Below, one piece after another: positions 12,380 to 23,800 of a stretch of DNA of 64,000 bases (position 1 is its first letter; the number at the start of each line of letters is the position of its first letter). The notes beneath the pieces are model-generated. The model worked only from the letters and a program-made list of their open reading frames with translations, was not told the DNA's origin and did no database searches. The stretch is from Utricularia gibba. Lineage: Eukaryota; Plantae; Magnoliophyta. Position numbers and translations under genes: made by a program. The stretch is from assembly GCA_002189035.1 (NCBI GenBank), contig CM007990.1:1178001-1242000 (forward strand), written 5' to 3'.

Positions 12380-12960
12380 ACGAGCCGACTTTTGGGGTAT
12401 CTGGGCCTTGTCTCAAGGTCAAGTTGTCGGCCCAATTGTTTTTTTTTTTTTTTTGCAAATTTGGTGATATTTTTATTACCTCCTTTTTTATGAAAAAACG
12501 GTGATTAAAATGTATTTAAATACGTAAAATTGTAATATTACGATTTATCGAGGGCAAAAATGTCACGGAATGATGGAATTTGTGTTTATTAATTAATGTG
12601 ATTTATTTTTTTTGTGTGAGAAGCTATTGACTACGTGAAGGCGCCATGGCTTTGACGTGGACAGCTGTCCGCTGGCCCCATTGCCTTTTACGAGAAAAAA
12701 GTAGAAAACCCCAATTGTCACGTCAAAATCGAACCGTAATTGAGGGCGATCGGGAGCTACCGCCGGCGAGTGTCTTCACCTCCGCCTTCCAGGCGACACA
12801 ATCGAATGGCCGACGAGGCTTCCCCGGCGGATTCTTTCACGTTTCCGCCGTAGTAGGCCCCACGCGTGGAGAGGATTCTGTTCCTATGCAACTTGCATGT
12901 GTTTTTTTTTCTTTTTTACAGTGGAATCTCGTCCATTCGTTTTGTGGAGCCTTCAAGACC

Positions 12961-13040
12961 TTACTGGATTACCTCCTGACAAGCTCTAGTTCTCCGGATT
13001 TTACTGGATTACCTCCTGACAAGCTCTAGTTCTCCGGATT
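12961..13040. repeat. Perfect 2 x 40-bp tandem duplication just upstream of the MADS copy 3 ATG
   Basis: TTACTGGATTACCTCCTGACAAGCTCTAGTTCTCCGGATT at 12961-13000 and 13001-13040. Confidence 0.97.
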
Positions 13041-13097
13041 TGGTGTTTCCCATACTTTCTCTTTGTCCGTACCCTAAATTTTGGGATTTCAGTACGA

Positions 13098-15430
13098 ATG
13101 GGGAGGAGAAGGCTGGAACTGAAGCGAATCGAAGATAAAAGTGCTAGGCAAGTTACCTTCTCAAAGCGTAGAGCTGGCCTGCTGAAGAAAGCACATGAAC
13201 TCTCGATTCTTTGCGCCGCCGATGTCGGCGTAATCATCTATTCCAGCACCGGGAAGCTATACCAGTTCTGCAGCGGCAACAGGTGCACTTCGCTTATGTT
13301 TTGAAGTTGAAGTCCGTACATATGATGATATTGCTCCATTGATGATGTCGGTGACTAGTTATGGTTTTGTTTCTTCCACATGGTTTCCATGGTTGATCAT
13401 TTCATTAGCACATATCAAGCTGATGCAATTTGCTGAGGATTCTCAGTTTCTTAAGACTTATAATCCATCATTTTCTTCGCATGTTATGGAATTCTCGGAG
13501 CATATCGGGATACTGGTGACAAGATATAACTTGCTTCCTGCTAGGAGTAAAAAGGGACCACTTGTTAATAGGTCTCTTTTGTCACCAATCATGCAAAGGC
13601 ACCACCTTCGATCACAAAAATTCAAAATGCAAAGTCGTCATTTGTAATCACACGCGAAAAATACATCAAAAAAAGACTACACTGTCAAGAGAAATGAAAA
13701 AAAAAAAAACTTAATGGTGACGCGTTGAGATTATTTTTTGGTTGACACCCTTGGTTGTGTTGAAGGAACCTGTAGTCGATACATAGGTTGAGTTAGTTTG
13801 TGAAATGTGTCGTTCTATGCCATCTGTTCATTACTTTCATTCTAGGCTCATTCTCTCCATCTTTGCCTTTAGTTTTTATGTTTTGGGGATTCCAATGTTA
13901 AAATCTTGCTTGGATGTTCTTTTCTTTGACTGTGCTAATTGTGTTATTGTCTCGGGCAGCGTGGTAGATTCTGAGTTCAACTATTCTCTCATTTTGCTGT
14001 ATCACGGCTTTATATTCTCTACCATAGAGCATCATTTGCTCTTCCAATGATTTCTTGATGTTGTATTAGATTTACTCCCCTCCCCTCTTGCAGATGCAAC
14101 TGCAGCCTTCAGATTTGAAATTCTATATTCGTGTATGGATTCTCAATGAACTATTTGATTATCTTCCAGCTTGTCAAGAACCTTATGGCGGTATTACAAC
14201 TATGTTGGGTCTGAAGCAAGCCCCGCCAATGGAGAGCGTAAGGAAAAGGTAAAAAATGAACCTCTAAAACATTAGTCTCCTTTCCTGTGGAAATGTGACG
14301 CTGATACATGTTCAAGTCTTTTTCTCCCTTTCTGTGGTTGTGGATGAATTGCTAGAAGAGTTTTCGCAGTGCAGTTTATAGCATGTATGAGTAAATATAT
14401 TATAGATAGCGTAATGCAAATAAAAATGTGTTTCTTTGATTTCAACTTGTCTTGATACAAATCTATGCCCTTCGTGTTCAGCGGTCATAAAGACAAACAA
14501 GTATTTTTCTGAGAGACAATAGATTGATAGTCAATTTTTAGTGTCGAAAGCATGCTCATATTGATAAACAATCACGGATAGCATGCTTTGGATAAACACA
14601 TGGAAGTAAGTTTTTGAGAGGTTCTCTTTCTTTTACATGTTCAGGCTGATTACTCCAAATATTCAGAATACATTACCAGCGAGGAACTCCTTCAAATGGT
14701 GGAGAGGTACTCAATTTGTTCATTCATGTTTACTTCTTGGCCTTCCAAATGAGCGGCTTTAGAGTCAAAATTTTGCATTTGTACAGCCAACTTTCGGAGC
14801 CCTGTGATGACCATGACAGCTTGGTCGACCTTGTTGTTCTTGAAAATCAGCTCGAAACTGCGTTATTGCAGATAAAAACAGCGAAGGTTTTCTTTGAATA
14901 CTTTCATGTTTTCTCAAATCTGTACGCTTGTTGCCTGGCATCTGCAGTCTTGCTTAGTCTCTGCAAATATTATTATCGACTAATCATCATTTTCTGTGTA
15001 TCCAAGATCATCATCGTTCAGCTCCTATGGTACATATATTTCATTCTTGATGATACTCACCATAAAATGCCAATTTTCTGCAGACCCATCTGCTACTCAA
15101 TACCATATCAGCCATGGAAGACAAGGTATATGAAGCATTCAAATTATGGATCTTGTATAAAAATCCATGGGGGGGAGGTGGGGATACTTTGCTTACACGA
15201 TTCCTTTTTCTGGCAGGAGAAGGCGCTGACCGAGGAAATGATTCTCCTTGAGGGCAAAAAGGTGACCACTCTCTGAATCTGAAGAGTAACTTAGCTTCAG
15301 GTACAATAGCGTTTCGTACATCAACGATGATCACAATTGACTCAACTTGCAGAATGTCCAAAAGAACGTGAATGTGAAGGAAGCAACTCTAGATCTCAAT
15401 ATGGCTCCTGATGACGAAAATGATGACTAG
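13098..15430 (+). CDS. FLC-clade MIKC MADS-box transcription factor, copy 3 (196 aa)
   Basis: Exons 13098-13282, 14170-14248, 14645-14706, 14787-14886, 15084-15125, 15217-15261, 15353-15430, all GT-AG and in frame. K region ..[24 protein letters not shown]. Confidence 0.92.
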
Positions 15431-15713
15431 AACTTGGGGTGTTCGAGGACGGGTCTGTTCGCTACTGTAATTTGCTACTGCATGCATCTGTTGGTTTCAA
15501 CTTCCATCTGTTGCCCCCGATGAACTTGAAGCTCTCCTCTCGAGGAGACAATAACTTTGATAGTCTGATTTGGTATGCAGTGGGGTTCTAAATCTGTTGT
15601 TTTCCTTTAGAATGATGTGCATTCGTGTCGTGGACGATGAATTTCAGCACACGCAGACAAGAGAATCGTGCATGGAAAACTAAAAAGAAACCACCTTTAT
15701 GTCATAAGACATG

Positions 15714-15990
15714 TGTACGGTCAGGGGGTATTACTGTACTGGTGCAATTGGGACTGACTGTACGGTCAGGGCATTATTGACACACGCTGGGGGGAATGGG
15801 GGTGGGGTAAGGGTATTCCGGACAAACGACTTCTGTACGGTCGGGGTATTACTGTACCGGTGGGGGGCGGGGGGACGAACTGTACGGTCAGGGCACTGTT
15901 GGCACACGTTCGTGGTAAGGGTTGCTCTGGACAAACGAGATCTGTACGGTCAGGGTATTAATGTAATAGCACAACGGAACTGTACGGTCA
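15714..15990. repeat. G-rich degenerate tandem repeat (~110-120 bp unit, ~2.5 units) with six TGTACGGTC motifs
   Basis: TGTACGGTC at 15714, 15759, 15834, 15881, 15943 and 15981; the landmarks GGTATTACTGTAC, CACACG, GGTAAGGG and GGACAAACGA recur per unit. Confidence 0.93.
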
Positions 15991-16036
15991 AGTGGCCATT
16001 ATTGAGGAGAACGAGTGGCCAGTAGCATGGGTTTTT

Positions 16037-16078
16037 GTGGACCCGATTCAGTGGGGCCCTATGCTAAGTGGGCCCCGT
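16037..16078. promoter_or_regulatory. Three TCP-type GTGGNCCC/GTGGGGCCC sites upstream of MADS copy 4
   Basis: GTGGACCC at 16037, GTGGGGCCC at 16051, GTGGGCCC at 16068. Confidence 0.6.
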
Positions 16079-16362
16079 TTCGGTCGGCAAGCGAAGAGCA
16101 GGAGGTTATGGGCAGCTCAGCTCATCCAATAATTACCTTCTTTTCATCTCCGGAGAAGACGTTTGCTCATGTCGTTTGTTGCTTGAAAACGACGGTGAAT
16201 GCATATGAAAAGCTTTGACCTCTGGAGTTGAGTTCGCCGCCGCGAATGTGCTGCCCGTAGAGGACGACGCGAAGTAAGGTCCTCAAACGTTGGAAAATTT
16301 TGTGAGTCGTCTACTGCCGTTCCTCTTCCCTTGGAACAAGAAATTTCTGGATTTGAGTTGAG

Positions 16363-18887
16363 ATGGGGAGGAGAAGGCTGGAGATGAAGCGGATCGAGGA
16401 TAAAAGCGCTAGGCAGGTGACGTTCTCGAAGCGGAGAAAGGGACTACTGAAGAAGGCCAGGGAACTCTCGGTTCTTTGTGGTGCCGATATCGGCGTGGTT
16501 ATCTACTCCGGTACAGGAAAGCTGTACGAGTACAGCAGCACTAACAGGTAATTGCCTTTCAACCTTGTGCGTGTCTCCGATTGCCGAGGTACTCTCCAGT
16601 TCTTCACTTTCTAATTCCGAGACCGTACATGTGATAATGCCCCAAGGTTGATAATTTGGCTTGGGGAGCTTTCCTCCTTGAAATAAGCATCTTGTCAGTG
16701 TTCAACCTTTGTTTTTGGTTCACTTGGAAATTTGCAATTCTCTTACGAAGATATTCATTTTGTCATGCAAGTTTCTAAGGAATCTGCTGTTTTAGTGTAC
16801 AAAAGCCCTTTCATGGAAGATATACATAAGTTCATGAGATGGGAAATTTGTGAGTTTCATGCAAATAGTTCTAGGTCTATTAAACACATGAAACCGTGTT
16901 AAAAGCATTGACCTTTTTTCTCTTTAAGCATGATGATTCTGTGTTCAAATATCCATTTTTTTGAAGAAGGTAAAAGTCCAGAAACCCAACCCTACCCCTA
17001 AATGCCTTGATTAAGTTTTTTGGGAAGTGTGGTTTGCTTACAAATTTGTATTTGTACATTCTTCCCGGCCCACTCGATCTTATATGCAGTAGTACAATAT
17101 TGATCTCCATTGTCCTACCATTTAAGGAAGTCTTGACGCGGGTCATGGTACTTCATATTCCTCCATGTCATGCCCCACTTTTTTGGTTGTATTGGCTGGC
17201 CATTCATGATTCCTCCTACGTTTTGTTGGAACATGGTTTTAGTTTCTCATTTGAAAACCTGTCAAAAGCACCAAGCCTGGTGTAAATACCAATGATAAAG
17301 CATAAAGATGAGCTTCATGTTGTCAACTGTAGAGCACTATCTCCTCTCACAGCAATTTCTCGATGTTTTCAATATATGTGTCTGAATTCTTGCTGAACCT
17401 TGAAATTATCCAGCCTGACAAGAACCATATGGCGGTACTACAATTATGTTGAATCTGAAACCAGCCTGGCCACTGGAGATCCAAAGGAAAAGGTAAAAAA
17501 TGAACTATTTTTATCTTCTTGTTCATTTACAGCACCCATGTCGTCCGCTGAGAATCCCTTGATAGCTTACCGACATTTTCTTCCTATTTGTGAGAGCTAA
17601 TGGATGATCAGCAGATTTCGTGCACTAGCCAACACTGCTATATTGTTGTATGAGTGAATAGGGGTATAAATATTTTCATGCAGGTTAAAGTTAAAAAGTC
17701 ATTCTTATTTTTAACCAGCAATATTAATTCTAACAAAGCTAGTGATAAAGTGAGCTTATTTATCAGAGATGCACATGGCAGCATGTGAGATTATCTGCAG
17801 GTCCCTGCCATTTTACAGAAGCAACAATATTTTGAGAGGCTCTCTCTCTGTGTTTCTTATCAGGCTGATTACACCAAGCATTCAGAATACATCACAAAAG
17901 AGGAACTCCTCCAAGTTGTGGAAAGGTGCCCCCAACTTTTATTCCTGCATGTTTCTTACTTTCTTGCCACTCTGAATGAGAGAATATACATACTCTCAGA
18001 ATTGTTCATTTTCACAGAGAACTTGGGGAGCCCTCCAATGACCAGCGTAGCGCTGTCGACCTTGTTCTTCTTGAAAATCAACTTGAAACAGCTTTACTAC
18101 AGATCAGGAAAGCAAAGGTTTCCCTTCCCTTTCAACCACACTTTTGCTGTTGTATCCATCACTTGCCTCTGAGATCTCCACGCACCCTCTGGGACCAGCT
18201 AGAGAGTTTTTTTTCTCCCTTCTTAAATCAACTGTCTTGTCCCTGACCTCATTATTGTCACTTCTTTTTCAGACGCATTTGCTCCTCAATACAATATCAA
18301 GTCTGCAGCATGAGGTACAAAGCCACCCAAATAAACTACATAAAACAAGAGAAGCTAGCTAGCACGTGATGCTCACCTGATTCCTTTTGCTGGCAGAAGG
18401 ACCTGCTGTCAGAGGAAAACAGCCTCCTCGAGACAAAAAAGGTGATCACTCTCTCAAAATGAAGACCAATTACATAATTCTAAACTCCATGAGAACGAGT
18501 TTTGAGAACAAAACTCCACACAATGAATGCTTCATTTCACTTCACTGAGTTTTTTTTTTTTTTCAAAATCATGTAAAATGGGATGTTATAGAATTTTAGT
18601 TGTATGATTTAAAATAAAAATAGATTTCATGATATTAAATTCAGTTATGTAGAAAATAGTTTTGAAGCTTTTAGAAGGTTTAAATTATTCCTTTGAAATA
18701 AAACTTACTACTAAACACTACCTTAGAGTTTCGGGTTTGATTACCCTTTAAAATAGTATCTTATACATTAAAAAAACATGAAAATTTTTTAATTTTTTTT
18801 AGACTAATGTTGCAGGTTGGCACAAGGAAGATGGAGGTGAAGAAAATAGCCCTAGATCTCAATGTGGTTCCTGATGACCAAATCTGA
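16363..18887 (+). CDS. FLC-clade MIKC MADS-box transcription factor, copy 4 (194 aa)
   Basis: Exons 16363-16547, 17414-17492, 17864-17925, 18018-18117, 18273-18314, 18397-18441, 18816-18887, all GT-AG and in frame. Confidence 0.92.
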
Positions 18888-20863
18888 AAATTACAATGTA
18901 TCATGAAATTGGTTGTCATCTATTTTTTTTCGTATTAAATAATATCATAATTTCAAATATATTTTTACATATTTAATCGTATTTCAAAATTTTTAAAAAC
19001 TTGTATCGTATGAATAACATTGATCAATAACATATAACAATGTTCAATTTTCTTGCTTTTTATTTTACAATGTTTCTCATATAATACAAAAATATTATAC
19101 ATTTTTTTTGGAATTTTATGGGAGGATGGCATGGTAAAAAAAGTTGATATTGATAGATCACATTTTCTTGCATAGTAAGTGTCACCAAAACTTAAAAGAG
19201 TCATGAAAATAGTTTCATATGTTGTATTTTGGATTATTTAGACTTGAAAAACTATAAAATAATTTAAATAAATTGAATGATAATTATAAAAATTATTGAA
19301 AAGGATGTAATTTATGAATTATTAAAGACAATGAATTAGCTAAAAAATGAATGATAGTTTATACATTCAATCTTTTGAATAATTGTATGTTAGAATTTAA
19401 TATTTTAAATCCTTTTTAATGTTGAAAAATAAAAAATATCTATTTATTGATAAAAAAAACGTAAGAGAGAACAAAATTTTGACATATTTTTGTAAATATC
19501 TAATGTGTTTTCATATTAACACACATAAGTTATATTAAATTAAAAAATAATATTAAATTAACAATTATATATGCTATTAAGTGTGGGCCTGGGCTGGGGC
19601 CCATGTCCACATCCACTACTTAACAGTCATTCTCATTGAATTTGATTTAACAGGGGCACTTTTGGAATTTTGTGAACAATTTTATTTTAAGAATCATTTA
19701 TACATGTTTGAAAGTAAAAATGATTATTAAAATAAAAATAATTTTTTCATGAAGAAAAACTAGTTTTCATATCCTATCAATCAAATTCAGTTAGAGTATT
19801 AACATTTCTATTTTTTAAATATGTATTGAAAAAAAGATTTTCAAATATTTCATAATTTTATTATATGAACAATGAATTTTGAGAATTAGTATAATTCTAT
19901 TAAAAGTTTGAGATGTTAATTTGTATTAAAATTGATTTTTAAGAATAAATTCTAAAATTTAAATTTATAATTATATTCATATTTTTATAATAAGTACAAT
20001 CATTTGTTTTTTAAAAATAAATTTAATTTTATAATATTTTTTAAATAAATATTGAAATATTTAAAAATTATTATAGTAATGTAAAATATAATATTTTAAA
20101 ATATAATACTTTATAAACTTTATTTTTTTACTTATAAAAATCACTTATTATTATTATTTTCACTCTAAATATAAATAAATTTTATAATAATTATTTTTAA
20201 AAATACATTCTAGCAAAATTTTAAATTTTATTTGGACTAATATTTTAAAACCTAATTTTAATTTATTTGAATTTAAATAAAAATAATCTAAAATTAAGTC
20301 TTTACATAATATTCAATTAATATTAAAACATTTGAAATTAAATAAAAAAAATATAAGAATATCACTACCTTCATATAATAAACAAAACTCTCTCTATCTC
20401 GAATTTATTTAAATATACGAAATAAATACAATATAATTTACAATACTTATATTAAACCCTTGCAATCCCATGAATCAAACACACATGGCGCAGGAGATTC
20501 TCCAGGTGGAGAACTCAAACTCAGGCCTTCCTTCTTCTTGTGTCATGGCCAAAGTACACACAGACAGCGCGTGGATCACCGTCGCCGGCCATGTCCGGCG
20601 ACCGCCATTGTCGTCACTTGTTGTGCTGAGAACACTATACAGTTTGGGACAGCTACTCTACTTCCTATACGGTGCAAGAGAAGCCTGCCTGCGATGCCTT
20701 TCCACAAAGAATCTTCTTCTACAGGTGGCTGTGGATGCACCTGCTGTGGAAGAAGAAGCCACCGGAAGATGCCCATGAGGGTGATTCTGTGGGAAACGAG
20801 GCGGAGATAGATGGATGTGGTGGACTCACAGTTGTGGAAGGATTCTGAGAAGTTTTCTAGCTG

Positions 20864-23800
20864 CTACTGATTCTCGTCTGAGGTTTGAAAGAATCTTGAG
20901 ACTTCCCAGTAGAGTTGCTCGGCCTCGAACGGCTTCGAGACGTAGCCATCCATTCCGAATTTCGAGCACTTCTCGTTCGTCGCCTGGATCACGTCTGCTG
21001 TCATTGCAAGAATGGGCACGCGCCAGCTTTTCTCGTTGTCCTGTTGGGAGAGTTCTCCGGTTTGGACGCCATTGGTGAAGCTAGTTTCCACTTCCCTTAT
21101 TCTCCTTGCAGCTTGGAACCTGCATCATGACCAAGGTGATTGGTTGGCTGGGAATGAGGTTCTTTGCTATGGATTTGGGGTGATGTGGTTACCCGTCCAT
21201 TTCCGGCATCTGTATGTCCATGAAACAGGCATCGAAGCGATGGGGAGGTGTCAGCAAGGAGATTGCATCTTTCCCACTCTCTGCAACGGCGACTTCAGCT
21301 CCGTACTTTTTCAGAGCACCGGCAGCAACTTTCAGGTTCACTGGATTGTCATCCACGACCAGAATCCTTCTCCCTGAAAGGAGGCTACCGAGGGGCTGTG
21401 TCTTCAGCTCGCTGTTTCCCCGATGCCCAACACCCATTGCTCGATGGAGGGAAGAAGCAAGCATCCCGGCGCGCAGCGGTTTCATGACCACAAACAAGGG
21501 ATACCCATCGGAGGTAGCCCTGATGGAGCTTCCGGCGGCATTGGAGAGGACGGCTATCTTAGGCTCCACTCTCTGATTCTTTCTCAACTCCTGCAGTAGC
21601 ATGGGAAGGAAGCAAGAATCCTTGTCCAAGGCTTCTTCTTCCATGAAAACAATGTCCACATCTGTGCTCCGGGAGCTCAAATCTTGGAGTTCTTCGACTT
21701 TGATGCCAAGCCGTTCAATGTGATACTTGGACACCTTGCGACGGATGGGATTGGAATCCAGAAGCAAGGCCGTCAACCCACAAAACTCTGGAAAACTTGA
21801 GTATGATTGATCTCCGGCGTCGTGGCTCGCCTCAGAAGAACACCCCTTTGTGAAAACAGCAGTGAAAGTAAACGTGGAACCGACTCCCGGCGAACTTGCC
21901 AGCCCAATCTCCCCTTTCATCAGCTGGACTAAGCATTTGCTGATGCTTAAACCAATCCCAGTTCCACCATGGGTTCTGGTGATCGATGGCTCCCCTTGCA
22001 TGAAGGGGTTGAAGACCTTCGACTGAGCTTCTAAGGGTATCCCTTGGCCTGTGTCCTCAACTGAAACAATTATGTTCACGTGATCGCCCAAGGACTGCAA
22101 TGAGGAAGAAGATGATGATGCAGACACTGCTGCTTCTTGATTGAAAACTCTGAATCCTGCCCAGCTTTTCCTTCTGTCAACTACAGGGTGACCACTTAAG
22201 GATCTCGTTGAGCAGAATTCTGGTTCTGTTTCCTCTACTTCTTCACAGAGATGCACCGTCACAAAGACATGCCCTTTTTCAGTGAACTGCAAGCACAGGT
22301 TCACATGAACTTGTTATCTCAGATCGACCTGAAGAAAGGAAAATGAAACTTACTTTAATGGAGTTCCCAACTAGATTCATTACTATCTGTCGAAACCGGC
22401 CAGGATCACCAACTAGTGTGGCAGGGACTTTGTTGGAGACATACACTGCCATCTGTAATTGCAAAAGGAAAAAAAAGCATCTTGATTCAGAGAATGAAGA
22501 CTATACAGGAGGCCAAAGGTCTTCCTTTAACAAAGAGGTTCAAAGCAGAGTAGGTAAATGCAACTCCCAGTTTGCTCTCAGAACCAGTTTACAGTAAGCT
22601 CTATCTTACCTCAACATTACTGCCTTGATACTTTCCAGAAAATAGAGACAAGACATCATCAAGGATTGACCTCAGGTCAAAGCTGACAGCTTCTAGCTCA
22701 AGTTTACCAGATTCGATCTTTGCCTGGTCCAAAACTTCATTTATGAGTGAAACCAAAGCTTTACCGCTCTCTCTAGCGGTTCTGACATAGTCCTCTTGAG
22801 TCTCATCCAGGTTTGTATCTCTAAGCATTTGCAGCATTCCTAAGGACACAAAGTTAAAATACATCCCTCAGATTTGAACTTTGATTTGTGTAATGAGCAT
22901 CGAATTTTGGAGATGGAAAGGGAAATATTCTGTCCACTGACCTAAAACACCATTCATGGGAGTTCTGATTTCATGAGAAACAGTGGCAAGGAACTGGAGA
23001 AAAAGGGTCTCAGTTAGATGCTTAGAACTTGGTGCTAAGCAAACAACAAAGTCAAAAGACCTGTGATTTGGCTATGTCAGCATCCTCAGCACGTCTCTTA
23101 AGCTCCATCATCTGTTGGTAATCATCTTCTACTTTTGCAATCCTGTTCATGGTGGCATGGAATATATGCCCTATGAGCATAACAATTATGAGACCACCAA
23201 CTGAAGTAGTTATTGCAACCCATGGCCATGGTGGTTTTTGCTGGAACCTGCATCATAAGTACTTCCCCATGAGCAAACTACTTCTTTATCAGAGCCAACA
23301 TAACATATGTTTCAGACAAAGTAGTGTCTTCCACCATGGAATAAGGTAGAAGAAAGAAAAAAGAAGGGAGTACCTGCAATGCATTTCATGCTTTCGGAAC
23401 GGATCTCCGAAGTTAAGACTGCTAACATGATGTAATCCATTTCGAAAAGTGTTTGAGCCATACATACTAATGGGGTTGAAGGAATCAGTAGTGTCATAGA
23501 CATTCACAAGTATGGCCTGTTTGCTAGCAAGCTGGTGAAGTAGTTTCTCTACAAGTGATTCAATGTCAAAGATCCCACCAAGATACCTATTTGAAGAAGA
23601 ATCAAAACCCATCACTATCACTCAAGATCATGCCACAGACAGAGAAAAAAAAATTCAAACTTGAGCCAGTTGAGAGGGCAAACTTTGTATTTTCAAGGCA
23701 ATTTTCATACCCTGCAGTAGCTTGGATCCTTTCAGCAACAGTTGGATTGGTGGGAAGATCCCATTTGTAAATAGCAAAAGTCAGTATAACTCCGAGTCTA

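Noticed and set aside
15711-16025. 104-aa ORF with repeated CTV motifs
   Set aside because: A by-product of the TGTACGGTC DNA repeat; no protein-like features.
20576-20860. Possible DC1/C1-domain pseudogene on the minus strand (GFFFHSRCIH)
   Set aside because: Only a short chance-level resemblance, with multiple stops and no second supporting motif.
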